From Octopus sinensis (taxonomy: Eukaryota), in the NCBI RefSeq assembly GCF_006345805.1, contig NC_043000.1, positions 109,988,001 through 110,052,000 of the forward strand: a DNA stretch of 64,000 nt, given 5' to 3'. Position 1 is the stretch's first letter, and every line of letters starts with the position of its first letter. Both the position numbers and the translations under genes were made by a program. Positions 1-15,900 of the stretch are shown one piece after another. The notes under the pieces were generated by a model that was given only the letters and a program-made list of their open reading frames with translations, made no database searches and had not been told where the DNA came from.

Positions 1-898
1 CATCATCATTTAACTTTCATTGTCCCTGGGCTGGACAGTTTGACCAGGATTGGCAATAGCTATGTGCTTCCTTGTCTTGTCATTGTATGGTAGTTGTAAA
101 TGAATGTCACATGCATACAGTAAGGAAACAGGTGAGGGTTGGCAGCTGGAAAAGCACCCAGCTGTAGGGAAATCTGCCTCAATAAACTCAGTCGGACCCA
201 TGCAAGCGTGGAAGAAAGTGAATGTTAAAACGATGATGATTATGACAATGAGATTGATAAGTTTTTATTTGCAATTCAGATCAGAAAATATTTCGCTTCA
301 CAGATAACACAAGGTCAAAACCCTTAATTTTTAGATCTCTTTGACATATTTCTCAATTGTTTTCTTTTTTTTCACATCTTATATTTGACAAATAAAGGGA
401 CTCAGGACTGGTTTTAGTATTGAAGGAGCACCAAGCAGTAATAATATACTAATTTTGACATAAATTACCAACTAATTGACTTAAAGTGATTTGGTGGGGA
501 GATGGGGAGGAACCAGTAAGTTTGGCAGGGACTCAGTTGTATGCCCATTGTGGTGTGAGGGCCTCAGTCATGATGTGCTCTCATTGCTGAGTGGATCATC
601 TTGAGCACTGTGTGCTGTTGATCATCTTCAGCATCATTCAGCCTTGTCTGCCTCACCCCACATCATTCTAGCTCTTAGTCACACACACACACACACACAC
701 TAAATATCACATACTCATACATGAGCACACATTCTCCTACTCACATGTGCACGCGCGCTCACGCACACAAACACACACACTCACACACACATTACTAGAA
801 ATTCATGTAGGGGTTGTTTGTTTTGGTTTGGTAAAAATATTTCTCCAAGACGCCCCACCCCCCCGTACTCTAATAATAATGTTCTTCTAATCTTGTAG

Positions 899-959
899 GT
901 TACTACATCTCAGAATGCCACTGATTCCATAGTTACAACAACCAAAGCAGTGCCAATAT
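899..959 (+). CDS. KIAA0319L: Exon 1 in window: Thr-rich linker [20 protein letters not shown]
   Basis: ttgtag acceptor, GTAAGT donor; its phase-1 end joins the next exon in frame. Confidence 0.75.
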
Positions 960-3900
960 GTAAGTACTTACCATTCTCTTGAAGTTGTTGGTCTGTTTGC
1001 ATTCCACAGTGAAATGATAGGACAAGGTATGTGCATGTGTGTGTGTGTGTGTACAATTCGCACTTATACATATACTCTTTACTCTTTTACTTGTTTCAGT
1101 CATCTGACCGCGGCCATGCTGGAGCACCGCCTTTTAATCGAGCAACTCGACCCCCAGGACTTATTCTTTTTGTAAGCCCAGTACTTATTCTATCGGTCTT
1201 TTTTGCCGAACCGCTAAGTAACGGGGATATAAACACACCACCATCGGTTGTCAAGCAATGCTAGGGGGACAAACACAGACACACAAACACACACACGCAT
1301 ATATATATATATATATATATACGACGGGCTTCTTTCAGTTTCCGTCTACCAAATCCACTCACAAGGCTTTGGTCGGCCCAAGGCTGTAGTAGAAGACACT
1401 TGCCCAAGGTGCCACGCAGTGGGACTGAACCCGGAACCATGTGGTTGGTAAACAAGCTACTTACCACACAGCCACTCCTGCATGTGTCAAAACTTGAAAA
1501 TGTGTGTGTGTGCATGTGTACGCATGTGTATATAAACTCGCATTTGTATGTGTATAAAAAAAAGTATGTATATTTGTGTGTGTGTGCATGTGTACAAACT
1601 CACAAAGGTGTATGTGTGTGTATGCACAAAAGGTGTTGCTCCTTTCACCATCTGTGATGGCTATTCAGCTAGTTACATTTATCCCTTCGTAGTTAAAAGA
1701 TTAAATCACGATCAAAAATGGAAATTATAATTGTGGCCAATGCCAGTGTCACCTGACTGGTTCTCATACTGGTGGCATGCAATAGGCACCATTCATGTGT
1801 GGGTCATTGCCAGTGCCGCCTGACTGGCTCCTCATGCCGGTGGCATGTAAAAAGCACCATCCAAATGTGGTCAATGCCAGACCCCTCGCCCTGACTGGCT
1901 CCTGTGCTGGTAGCACGTAGAAGGCACCATCTGAATGTAGCTATTGCCAGTGCTGCTTGACTGGCTCCTCATGCCGGTGGCATGTAAAAGGTACCTGCTA
2001 CACTCTTGGAGTGGTTGGCATTAGGAAGGGCATCCAGCTGTTGAAACATTGCCAGATCGGATTGGAGCCTGGTGCGGCCTCCTGGCTTGCCAGTCTCCAG
2101 TCAAACCGTCCAACCCATGCCAGCATGGAAAGCAAACATTAAACGATGATGATGATGATGACAAGGCAGTGGTATTTGTTGTTATATTTTTGATTCAGAG
2201 GAAGAAATGTGTGTGTGTGTGATGGTCTGTCCCACTGAGAATGATATACAAGCTTCCAGTTTGATCAGCAAAATTGTCTACTCATCATGCTCAGGTGGAT
2301 TGCAACTGTGCCTCCCCTTGACATATTTCTCTTTGATGTGAATCTGAATAACAAAGTCTAGTGGATGGCAAGTAATGGATGCTGTACATGATACATCACC
2401 ATTTAATGTCTGTGTTCCTTTCTGGTATGGACTGGACACTTTGACCAGGATCTGACAGTTCCAAGCATGACATTGTCCTCTAGTTTCTGCTTTCGTTGGA
2501 TGCCCTTCCTAATCTCACCAATCACTTTTCGGTGCTTTTTTTCATGGTACCATTGAGGTCATCATGCAGCTCACATGACGAAAACCCAAGGCAGGACGGG
2601 CAGTTTAGTAAAGTATTATGGGATGGAAGTAGGGGCGACTGGGGTCTTGTAGAGGGGCTACACAGCTGTTCACAGGGATGAGAATGATACATTCCTAATT
2701 TATTAAAAGTTCCTCATCTTGGACTGATAGAAAACAAAGATTTGGTAAATCTTAGCAACTGTGAATGAGAAAGGGAGATAAATCCAGAAATGGTGAACTT
2801 TTTTTACATGTATTTGGATTAGTGAAGACTTTGCCTTTTCTCTTTTGACACTTATTTTCATCTAAAATAAGACAATCTGACTGACAGACAAATTTCCATT
2901 CACTAATATGTTATAGAACCACTGCACTGAGTCTTCTACCTGCGCATATGGCCTAATTTGACAGCTACACTGTTTCGATACTCAACATTCTTCAGCTAGA
3001 TTTTTTTTCATTCAGTTGATGTCTACAGACATAATGTCTGTTTCTCAGCTTTTGACTTTTGCAATTCTTCTCTTCCAGTGCCTCCATTAAAAGTGTCTGC
3101 TGGCACCAACAAACGTCTGCAACTTCCCAAGAATGAAATTATTCTTACCGCATATGTTATGGATGAGCCATTAGAAGGTAACTCAGATTTCAATTTTTCC
3201 TTGTTTGTATTTTTTCTTTTTAAATTAATGTTTTCACAGGTGCAGGCTGGCTGTGTGCTTGAGAAGTTCGCTTCCCTGTCATGTAGTTTTGGGTTCAGCC
3301 CCACTGCACAGCACCTTAGGCAGCTGTCTTCTACTATACCCCTGGGCCAACCAGTACATTGTGAGTGAAAGAAGCAGTGTGTTTATTGTAGTTAAATGTC
3401 ACTATCATACAAGCAGCGTCCATTCATTTGCAATCTGCTGTGAAAACCTGTCCAGTTCTTTGGTTTTTCATGTTTGAAGGACTCGAGGGAAATGTTGCCT
3501 TGCTTGGAAGCATGGAGAGGATGGTAACAAGGAAAACATACAGCTGTATAAAATATACTTCAATAAATTTCACCTGACTTCTTGTGCAAGCACGGAAAAG
3601 AGGACATTCAAAGCAACCTTTTATTTGATTCCAACCATGCTGGGACACTGCCTTGAATGAAAATATTTTTCATTGTCTGCTAGGATTGGAATCCAGATCT
3701 ACTGTAAATCCTGCAGCTGTGGTCACCATTTAGTCAAACGGCTATTTTTTTCATGGATGATGTTTCTTGTATGGTTCCGGAATGTCAGCCACAGCGTTTT
3801 TCTTCATGTTGTTCAATTTTCGAAGTTTGGATCCTGTGTATTCTGTTCTCTTCTCTAAAGACCCAGCTGGGCTGGTGGCTTGTGTCGGTTGGCCTCATGG

Positions 3901-6900
3901 TTACAGTGGAGATAGGGACTGACTGGGACACTGCACCAGGGGTTGCTCAGGACAACCCAAGCAGATACCCAAGAAATGGTGAATGTAGCAATGCACTGCA
4001 ATGGCACATGCTTGATGCTTTCATCAAAATCCAATTTTATTTTCATGGTTTTAGTCAAACGACAACAGGATGTGCTTTCCTTGCATACATCATGGCTATT
4101 AATGATGTATACGAGTGTTTTATATCTTGCTTAGCTGAATATACTTGCTGTATACAATAGGATATATACACAAGTGTATATAGAAACTCAGTCAAGCCTG
4201 AACTGGCTTTACAGCTTGCTCCACCAAATCGTAAACAAATTTGCAATATCTTTCCATGCATAAAATTTTGAACGAATGAAAAAAGAGAAGAATGAAATGC
4301 CATGGAAGAAGTTTGCATATTTCTTTGTTGTTGACATTCGTTTATGTTTTCGGTAAAGAATGGGCTGCATTGTAGGTGCGCGCCTGTAAAGGTGTGGCTT
4401 GGACTATGTCACTGTGAAGTTACTAAAATAGTTTAGTTATATATTATGTAACTGTGAACTTAGCCACCAGACTGAATAAGAATCTGTTAAAATATCTTGG
4501 ATGAATGCTACAGTTAGTTTGCCTTTTCCTATTTACATTAAGTATGATATATGGATGACTATTTTAATCTAATATTGCTTTTGTTGCATATATATATATA
4601 TTGGCTTGCTTTTCTAATTGCAGGAAAGGAGTTCCATTACAAATGGTCAATGATAACATTCCCTAAAGGTGCTGAGAAACAAGGGTCAATGACTGGACCA
4701 GACAGTAAGACATTTATTCTCAAAGATGTAAGTGGATTGCCAATTTACTCTCCCTCTCTTTGTCTTTCTCTCCCTTTCTTTCTCTCTCTCTTTCTCTCCC
4801 TCTCTCATTGTATGAATTAATTGACTGACAAGGGACTAAGAATTATGTAACCAACATCATTAACATCGCAGTTTGTTTCTGCAGTGTACTCAGATTTTAA
4901 AAGCTCTGAAGAAGCTATCGGATGTTGCCCAAGCTCTCAGCTCTGAGAGCATTGCTTCTTTTAGCAGAAACATATGTAAGCCAATGAAGCTGATTATGTA
5001 TTTTCAGTTCTTGTCATTCAATCAATTTATATTATGCTCCCTACTTTACTCTAAAGCATATCTTTATTGAGTCCTAACATCAGGTTGTCTCACTATGTCT
5101 ATGCAAAATCATCACAAATATGCACACAAGAATTGGTAATTCTGAAACATGGTATTGATTTTTTATTTAATATTCCATGTTGAGGATCTTTCAGCCCCAC
5201 CCGACTTATTATTCTCTACATACACGGAAGATATTAATGTGACTGATTTTGCATCTCAAACATCTGAAATCAGTGTCTGTGAGAAAATCCTGGTCGGAGA
5301 CAATATGCAAAAAGATTGGGTTCCATTTGCTCTCAATATTTCTCATTTCTTTTGGTTAGTGTTTTTTAGGAGCAGAGGCACGGCTGTGTGCTTAAGAAAT
5401 TTACTCTTCAACCACATAGATTTTGGTTCAGTGCCACTGTGTGGCACCTTGGGCAAGTGCCATCTTCTATAGCTCCAGGCTGACCAAAGCCTTGTGAGTG
5501 GATTTGGCAGACAGAAATGAAAATAAATCTGTCCTATATATCTTCCTCATCATCTTCTTCCATTTTAACATCCATTTTCTGTGCTGCTATGCATTGGATG
5601 GCTTGACAGGACCCAACAAGCCACAGGGCTGCACCATGTCCCTTTGTCTGCACTGGCATCATCTCTATAGCTGGATGACCTCCCTAATGCTAGCAGTTGG
5701 ACTGGTGGGGGGAAGCTTGTTTTCATGCCACCAGCACTAGTGAGATTGCCGACTAACTGGGAAGACAGGAAAACACCCCGCCTAAACAGCGTGTGCCTGG
5801 GGGAGTTGGTTTTACACTAGGTGTTGGTGGTGGTTAAAGTTTGGAAGGAGGGACAAGTCCAGATGTGTTACTATGGTGAATATAAATATTTGCCCCACAT
5901 TATATAAGAGTGGATGGGACTAGCTAGGAAGTAAGAAGAGATGGTTGTTATGGTGAGCCAGTGCAAACCCTCTAGGAGCCAGAAAAGATATGGATGAGGA
6001 GGAGAAAGAAGGGGGAGAGTGACAACAGATGGTTAGAGATAGGGGTTAGAAGTGAAGGCGGTGACAAACGAGTGGGAGTGCAGCTTGGTGGGAAGTAGCA
6101 GTATTGAGGGAAGGGGTAAGGGGAGAGATAATAAAGGCTGAAGGATAACAGATCAGGAAGTAGGGGACAATGATCAAGGAGTGGAAGGGAGGGAGACATG
6201 ATGGTGGTATGTAAGTGTGGCCATGGTTAGTGGACATGGTAGCTGATGGAGGAGGGCATTGGGAATGAAAGCAGATATGAGATGGAGAGTCACTGGAGGG
6301 AGAGATAGGAGGGAATTGGTGAACATGGGAAAGGATGAGGATGGAAATGCAGGCTGGAGGCAGTGACTGGTAACGCAAAGAGTTAGGGGATGTGATGGTA
6401 TGTGTGCCAAGGGGGGGGGTGGGGAAAGAGTGATGTGGGGAATGTTTGATGGAGCAGAATGAGCATAGGAACAGGGCCTAGCATGCACCCATAGACAATG
6501 CTTTTAGGACATGCGTGCGTGTGTGTGTGTTTGTATCTCCTTGTTGTGACTTTCTGTAATAACTGTAAATTCATTCATTTCCAATATTCTGTGGAATCAT
6601 CTGTGGCCAGGGAGAAATGTTACTTTGCTTGGAAGCAAGGGAGGGTTGGCCACAGAAAGGGCATTTGGCCATAGAAAATCCGCCTCACTAGTTTCTTCTT
6701 CTTCACTTTTTAACCTTGAAGAAAAGAAATATGTGCATTTTTTTGTCTTTTTTTTGTGTGTAGTGTATTATGATTGTTTAATTACTAACTTATTATTTTA
6801 ATATTTAGCTTGTTGCTGGTCTTTACACCTTGAAACTTGAAGTCACTGGAAACAACCGAGCTGGTGAAGCCTATGTCAATGTAACTGTTATCCCACGTAA

Positions 6901-9900
6901 GTAATGAAAATAACCACCTGCATTGTGTTGTGTTGCTCTCATTAGACGGAATGGTCAGAAATGGTTAAGAAGCTTTCTTGACAATCGCAAGGTCCTACTT
7001 CTTGGCATTTTGAGCAAATGTCTTTTACTGTAGCTTCACATCAAGACAAGCCTTCTGAGTGAAATTGGGTTGATTGAAACTGTAGGGAAGCCCATCAAAC
7101 AAATCATATTTGTAATTCAATCCTTTAGCATTCAGGGACATTTTGTCTGTTTTTACATTCTGAGTTCAAATCCCACCAATGTCGACTTTGTCTTTCATCC
7201 TTCCAGGGTTGATGGAATCAACTAGACTCTCCTCCACTAAAATTTCAGGCTTTATCCCTTATCACAGAAAAGACTTTAATTATTATCAAGGCTATTAATT
7301 GCTATATTAATTAGCAGGGATTTTATCTTGAGGTTTGGTGACAACAATTCTCCTCAAATCTCAAGAATCTTTCTTAGGATTCTCAAAGAATATGGAATGG
7401 TACTTTTCTGCAGGTTGACATTGTGAGTCTCAGTTCCAATAGTTTTCAGTCTTTTTGGTAACATTTTCAGTGTTGTGCCAAGAGCATTCTTTACCACAGG
7501 AAGGAACTTTTGACATTTTTGTCTTCCACAATTTCTTCTTCTCTTTGATTAGTCCCAGATATTTCTCAATTTTCTCTAAATATTATCATTATTATTATTA
7601 TTATTTAGCAAAGAGGATTAATAAACCCCCAGTCGCTATAATTAAACCAACATCTCTCCAGATCAAGTTACCTACATCTGCTATCCTTGACGGCTCAGGT
7701 GAGTAGACAGGCAGACACCACTGTCTTATGTAGATTTCTATGTATGTGTATCTGTGTATCTGTGCATGTATGTGTGTCTATGTGTAGGGTTTTTTTTTTA
7801 CATTTTATTCAGCTATAATATGTATTGAATAAATACTAATGCTAAGTACTAATACTACTAATTCTGTGTGTCTGTGTGTGTGTGTGAGAGAGAGAGAGAG
7901 GCTGACTGCTTGTATTTTCTCATATATTTGTGTGTGTGTATATATATATCTTTCATTTATTCATTTAAATGTACAGAGTTCACAGGAAATGGTACAGCAT
8001 CATGGTGCTGTTAAACTGGGTGGTTTGTTAAATGTCTCACCTGAAAATGTGGACAAAGAAAACATGAATAATGTATTTGTGGATTTTCATGCTTCTTCCT
8101 CTATGTCTAAAAATTATTGAATAAAAGCCTTTTATATTGTTGTTCAGTCACATATGGCATAAACCCACCTGATGGCACTTGCTTGTAGCGAATCTCAACA
8201 CCTCCTCCTCTTGAAGACGCTTAAATGATGTTAGTGTTCTGTTTAAATCTGTGCCCTGACACAGCTTCACCATCTTCTCTTTCTCATACTGAGGTAGCCA
8301 TGTATCTCCTGCACAGCAAAAGACCTGTCTCAGTCCGGCTATCATACTCTAACCGCTCATCACCTGTCATCTCCCTTAGTATGACACCACCTTCAGTTGA
8401 GGGGTCTTGTCATGGTGTTAGGAAGGACATCATCCAGCTGTGGAAATCCTGGCAAAATGAATGTTGGAGCTTGGTGCAGTCCTCTAACTCCCAAGCTCCT
8501 GTCAAACTGTCCAACCCATGCCAGTATGGAAAACGGACATTAAATGACAATGGTAGGAAATTAAAAAACTAAAAGTTGGTTCATATATTCAGTGAAAAAC
8601 AAAAAATTAAACATTTAGCTAATGACTAATGTTACTTTCAATTGGAATTATGGAAGATAACTCAAGACATTTCAGGATTTATATGGGGTTCTTCAGCAGA
8701 AATGTTTTATTTACTGAATATACAGAATTTGTTGTTGTGGAGAGAAAGGTATATAATTGTCTGTCTCTGGAACTGATGAATCCTTCAATAATTCTTTTCC
8801 TGATCACATTTCAGTTTGTTTAAACTGAAAAACCAATCTTCTCAATTTGACATCAACTCAACATAAACCACATCAATCAAAACTAGTCTGGGAAGCATCA
8901 AAGCTACTTCTCCTCCTCTCACTTACATTCCATGCCACTACACGCCCATGCTTGCACACCTCCACACACCCCAAGAAACCACATGCACCCTATACCACCA
9001 TACCCCTGCCGATCTCTATTCACAGAATCCAGTCTCGTCTGGATTTAACAGTCTCTATCTTAGTCGTCCACCGTTCATTCTTATGATGACATGTACACAC
9101 CACCCTACCTCTTCCTTCCTTTTTAACCCTTACAGCTACATTCCCACCTAGCCCCTAACCTTTCTTTCCAAGCACTTTTTCTCGTTCTTTCCTCATACAT
9201 TCGTTTTTTTCCTGAAGAACTAATCTCTGAAACATGGAGACAGTTTCCCTCATTAAGTGTTAAACATCATTGGTTATAAGGTTTCCCTTCCATGTTGTCT
9301 TCTTCAAGGCAGTGCCCCAGCATGCCCGCAGTCCAATAATTGAAACAAGTAAAAGGTAAAAGACCATTGTCTTTGCTCTGGGGATAGAATTTCATTTGCC
9401 CTGCAAAGGTTTGTCATGTGAATGCTTGTCACCTGCTCCAATTGCTGTTACTAACGGCACTTTCTTGCTTCCATATTTGCAGACAGCACAGATGACATGA
9501 AAGTCGTCAAGTATAAATGGGAAGAGGTTAGTGGTCCCATCAATGACCGACCCATCGAAAGTAATGCATCCATGTTGAAACTCAATCATCTGGAACCAGG
9601 GAAATATCAGTTTAAGTAAGTAAATTCCATCTCGTCTTCATTTTTTTCCATGTTAAATGGAAATAAGTCATTTTTCACTTTGATTTTCTCTTCATCTTTC
9701 ATGTTTTGAATGCATTTAATACTTGTGTTTTGAGTTGTTATGTAAGATAACCATTACATAATAATATTACCCTCATCAGTCAACATTTTAAAATATAAAG
9801 ATATATAAAAATCTGGCCTGTATTTAGTAGTTGTCTGGATAGTCTTAGAAACCCACCAAAGTACAAAGAAGGTGGGGGGAGATAGGTTGAGAAAGGTGTG

Positions 9901-12900
9901 TGTAAGAGGTAGGGGAAATATGAGTAAATAAATATATTATTAAACAGGCAATAAAGCCTAATTGCAGAGATGAAATAAAAAGAACGCAGAAAAAGAAAAA
10001 AGAAGAACAGTAACTGATAAACATTAGACACCAAGTGATAGACAAAAAATATAGACAGGAGGGTGCCAAATATAACATCTAATTACTCATAAAATAACTG
10101 AAAAAAAAATGGAGTTTCAGCCATTTCTAATGGATCATAGCATCTTTGACAATTCTTTTTGTGCCTTATAATTTAACACACTCGGCAGTAAAATTTCCAC
10201 TTATTTTTATTTTCCTAAAATTTTTGTTGTGTCTTGCAACCTTTTCAAAATCCAAAAATGAAATCTCTGACAATGTTTGTAGTATCATTGACTTTCTATA
10301 GAACAGATGTAAACACACCCACACACACATTTGCATATATATATATATATATATAGTCCACTGCTGAGTGGTTGGTGTTAGGAAGGGCATCCAGCAGTAA
10401 AAATCCTGTCAAGACAGTCACGGAATTCTGGTGCAGGCTTCTGCGCCTGGCTGGCTCTTGTCAAACCATCCCACCCATGTTAGCATGGAAGGCGGATATT
10501 AAACAGTGATGATGATGAAATACATAAGCATATATACATGTATATTCTCACATATATGTACAAACACATACAACTGTGCATATACACACATACAAGCTAA
10601 GAAGAATAGTAGTGATGGGGTCTCTGGAACAATTGCTTGATACAGTAGAAACTTTTGTATCATTCAAACATACTGGAAATGTTACCATTAACCATTCTGG
10701 CCTGAGGATTGCCCTAAGCATGAAACTTTTGAGAAATTAGTTGTGAAGTGACTGGACCTAACGACATAGAATATTTACTGTCCTTTACTCTACCACATTT
10801 GAGGAATATGTGTTTTTAAGTATAAATATGTATTTTTGTATACATAGATACATACACACACGTTTATAAAATTCATTTTTATTTTCAGGTTAACCGTGAC
10901 TGATTCTGATGGTGCCACAAATTCCACTTTAGCTAATGTTACCGCTATTAAAGGTTTGTATATTTCCATTTCTTTTACAAATTATACACAAGGCTGTTGA
11001 GTTTCATTTCCTGAATATTAAAATAATGCTTTACATGAGCCAACCAGTTTTTTTATAAGTTTGTATTTGTAAAACTAAACTGAAGTAAACCAGAACACAA
11101 AACATCTGGAGGCCCCCAACTCTTACCTGCATTCCAAGCAAGGTATTTTTGTTTCATTCCACTGGTATTCATATGTCAAAGCTTAAACTGTTTATTGGAG
11201 ATTATAAACAAAGAAAGGCGCAGGCATGGCTGTGTGGCAAGAAGCTTGCTTCCCAACCACATGGTCCCAGGTTCAATCCCACTGTATAGCACTTTGGGCA
11301 AGTATCTTCTATTATAGCCTTGGGCCAACCAAAACCTTGTGAGTGGATTTGGTAGATGGAAACTGAAAGAAGCCTGTCGTTTATGTGTATATATGTTTGT
11401 GTGTCTGTGTTTCACCCCATACCATCATTTGACAACCGATGTTGGTGTGTTTACATCCCCGTAACTTAGCAGTTTGGCAAAAGAGATTGATAGAATAAAT
11501 ACTAGGCTTATAAAGAATAAGTCCTGAGGTCGATTTGTTCGGCTAAAGGTGGTGCTCCAGCATGGCCACAGTCAATTGACTGAAATGAGTAAAAGAAAAT
11601 AAAAGAATAAAGATGCTGCTTTTTGCTCAGACTACATTGAGGACACATGGAATGACATCTTCACACTCACTTAAACACACACACACATAACAAGCTTTTT
11701 CTCAGTTTCATTTCTTAGTCCCACTCACAAGGCATTGTTTGGCCTAAAACTACGACAGAAAACTCTTGGCCAAGGTGCCACCACATAGCAGGACTGAAAA
11801 CCTCAACCAGGATCCTGTCAGAATGTCCAACTCATACCAGCATGGAAAGCAGGTGGGAAATGATGATAATACACACAACAGATACGTGGGATGAAGTAGT
11901 GAAGGCCAAAGACAAAGGACCAAGATATCTGGTGCCTTGCTGTACTCGGGGAGACCTCTTCACCACAGCTGAATTGATATCCTAAGCCACATTGGTTAAT
12001 TGCTCCCCTCCCAGCTGAAGGGGGTTTTGTCTTGCAAGTTATTTGGTGATCCTGGTGGTACTGGCACCACCTAAGAAGCACCTGTGCCGGTGCCATGTAA
12101 AAAGCACTCAATACACTGTGTAAAGCAAACCCAGTCATAGAAATTATGCCAAGACAGATGGTTGGAATGTGGTGCAGCTCTCCAGCCTTGCCAGCTCTGG
12201 TGAAACTGTCCAACCCATGCCAGCAAGGAAAGCAGACATTAAATAATGATGATGATAATCATTATCATTTAATGTTCATTTTCCATGCTAGCTTTGGTTG
12301 AATGGTTTGATGATCCAACATGCAATAGGGCCGTGTGTCAAGTTCCAGTGTCAGCTTTGGCATGGTTTTTGTGCTGATTGGTTGCCCTTTTTAATGCCGA
12401 CCAATTCCGAGCGGATACTCAGTGCATTTTGGAGAGGAAAATAAGTAGAGAAAGGAAAAAGAGAATCCCTTGACTAAGTGTGGGGGAGAAGTATTTGAGA
12501 GGTGGGGGGTCGTTTTATGGACAGTGTTGAAAGGCTATGTAAAGATGCTACATGGCTTGAACCCTGCATTATATAAGGGTGGTGGGTAGTAGGTGGGAAG
12601 ATAGTATAGTAGTGAAAGGGTGTCCAGAGCAGACCCTCAGGGAGCAAGGAGGTGTGCATAAGAGAGGATGCAGTGGATCAAGGGGAACAGTTATAGATTA
12701 TCTATTACTCTTTTACTTGTTTCAGTAATTTGACTGTGGCCATACTGGAGCACCGCCTTTAGTCGAGGAAATCGACCCCAGGACTTATTCTTTGTAAACC
12801 TAGTACTTATTCTATCGTCTCTTTTGCTGAACCGCTAAGTTACGGGGACCTAAACACACCAGCATTGGTTGTCAAGCGATGTTGGGGGGGACAAACACAG

Positions 12901-15900
12901 ACACACACACACATACACACATGCATATACGACGAGCTTCTTTCAGTTTCCGTCTACCAAATGCACTCACAAGGCTTTGGTTGGCCCGAGGCTATTGTAG
13001 AAGACACTTGCCCAAGGTGCCATGTGGTTGGTAAGCAAGCTACTCACCACACAGCCACTCCTGCGCCTATTCTAAGTAATTAGTTTCTTTTTGAGAAAAT
13101 TTTTTTTGTTCCTGGCTTCAGTGATTTACAACCCTTCAACGTTAATCTCTCATTTCATTGCACAATGGACTCCCACTCTCCCCATTTCATTCTCTGCCTT
13201 TTTTTTTTATCAACCAATGTTATTTGTGTTTGTTGTTTCCTTGGTCTTTAGAAACTGATTACCGTCCAACAGCCAACGCAGGATCTGACGTTGTCATCAA
13301 CCTGCCAGAGAATTCGGTCACTCTCTATGGAAATGCCAGTACTGATGATAAAGGTATTGTCAGTTATGAGTGGACAAAATCATCAGATGACCACTTAGTG
13401 GCTGACATGATGGTAAGACACAGTTTTTTTTAGCTTATTTTTTTCTCACTGGATTGACAATGTTGTGTGTGTGATTGTGATGGTCACTTTGCAATCATGT
13501 GGTTTTAGGTTCAGTGGCTTTGTGCAGCTCTTTGGACAAATGTGAATTTGGCTGAAGGAAACTGGGCAGAAGCCCATCTCACACACACACATGCATACAT
13601 GTGTGTGCGTGTCTGTTTCTCACTGCTTAACAACCTGTGCTGGTTTGTTTCCATTCCCACATTTTGGTTGAAGGAAACTGGGCAGAAGCCCATCTCACAC
13701 ACATGCATACGTGTATGTGTGTTTTCTCACTGCTTAACAACCTGTATTGGTTTGTTTACATTCCTACAATTTAGCAGTTCAGCGAAATAAATGTTGGTGG
13801 GGATAAGTACTGGAGCCAATTTGATTAAATTCTTCAATGTGGTGCCCCAGCATAGCCACAATCCAATGACTGAAGCAGAAGATAAAAGATAAAATCCAAA
13901 ACATTCTCCAGAACTTTCTAACATCTCTGCCTGAAACCTTATATTCTTTGTGTGTGGCAACAGCTGAAGAACAAGGCATTCTTCAGTTGGTAGTCTGTCT
14001 AAGTAGCCTGGTCTTGTAATGCCATTGGCAGAATGTGGGGAGAGAGAGAACTGAGAAGCATGCAGCAGCCTTGGAAGTAATTGTTGCGTCTTTGAACTAA
14101 TTGAAGACTTGTGTGTAGAAAAGGCTGTTGCTTATTAGGCGTTAGGTAAGGGCATCCAGCCATGGAAACCATGCGAAATCAGACTGGAACCTGGTATAAC
14201 TCTACGACTTACCAGTTCCAGTAAGACCATCTAACCTTTGCCAGCATAGAAAACAGATGCTAAATAATGCTAGCATCGCCTTACCGGCACATGTGCCGGT
14301 GACACATTAAAAACAACATTCGAGCATGGTCATTACCAGTGCCACTGGACTAGCTCCCATGTAGGTAGCATGTAAAAAAAAAAAAAAAACACCTTTCCAG
14401 CATGGTCATTGCTCGTACTGCCTGACTGGCCCTCGAGCCAGTGACACGTAAAAGCACCCACTACACTCTCTGAGTGGTTGTCATTAGGAAGGGCATCCAG
14501 CTGTAGAAACCTTGCCAGATCAGATTGGAGCCTGGTGCAGCCTCCTGGCTCACCAGTCCTCAATCAAACCATCCAACCCATGCCAGCATGGAAAGTAGAC
14601 GTTAAACGATGATGATGATGATATTTTTAAATGTAGAGATACTGAAAGACAGACAAAATTTTGGTATCCAAAAGCTATCATTCTTCCACTTTTGTATGGT
14701 CTTAATATGAAAATATATTTCTTTTAGGGGGTTCGCTCTCCAGTCCTGAAAATCTCAAACCTTGAGGTGGGAAATTACAAGTTTACTTTGAAAGTCACGG
14801 ATACAGGTGGACAGAATGCCACAGCAGACGTACATGTTTTTGTGAAACCAGGTTTGTTGAAAAAAAACTTAACACCATATTTCTTGTCTGTTTTTTATAA
14901 TGTCCATGGTTGAATATTTCAGTTTTATTTTCATATTTTTATCGATGGGAAATTTATATCTCTGCTGTACAATCTTATCCAAAATGTTTACAGTTGTGTT
15001 AGGAGCATGTAGTCCTTGCACTGACCAAAGCCTTGAGACTTGATTTAGTAGATGGAAGCCTGTCAAGTGTTGTAGTTGTTGTTGTTGCTTTGCCTTGTTG
15101 TTGTGTGATAGCTATGAATGAATGTTAACATGGAAGTGGTCCCCTTCAGTTCCAGTGTTGTGGGAAAACATGCCCAGCCATGGGGAAATGTTACCTTGTT
15201 TGGAAACAGGCAAGAGTTAGCAGAAGGAAGGGCAGTCAACCATAGAAAGCTTGCCAACAAATTCTGTGTGACCCATGCGAGCGTGGGAAAGTGGACGTTA
15301 AAACAATGATGTTGATAATGATGAAAACACATCAAACTAATAAGGGAGCATCTGCAGTTTGCTTGACCTGCGAGAAATAGTTGTGTGCATCCCAACTACA
15401 TCGTTCAGTGTGAACATTTTTCTAAAAAAAACCAATAAGGTATGATTAGAGGGAGATCATCATCACCTTCCGAAAATGGACATTAAAAGAGGGTGATGGT
15501 GTTGTTGATCTCCTTCAAATCATACCTTATTGTTTTTTGTTGTTTTTTTTTAAATATTCACATTGGATGATGTCGTTGGGATGCAGTGTCTGAAAAGAAT
15601 ACAAGTTGTTTGTGTCTTGAAGAGTTTTAATAAGAAATCAGCTGAATCTCGTCTGACATGGGATTAAGGAACAATGTTGTGTTTTGGATAGATCGGAAGA
15701 ACACGAGTTGTTTGTTGTATTAATGAGGGGGCCGCCTGAGGTCAGTATTAAATGGGAGCTAGAGAGGAGAAGGGAAAGACAGAGATGACAAAAGAATAGG
15801 GATAATGTTAAAAACCCAATTGATTTACCCATATTCAAACAACATTATTTGTTTCATAGGGAAATTAATGCTCAACAGTAAGGTTTACTCTATAGTGGGT

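Noticed and set aside
8148-8345. 65-aa minus ORF, possible transposase relic
   Set aside because: No recognisable family motif.
9212-9236. CTGAAGA..GAAAC at the end of a CT-rich, Penelope-like relic
   Set aside because: The intervening bases do not form stem II and there is no stem I or III.
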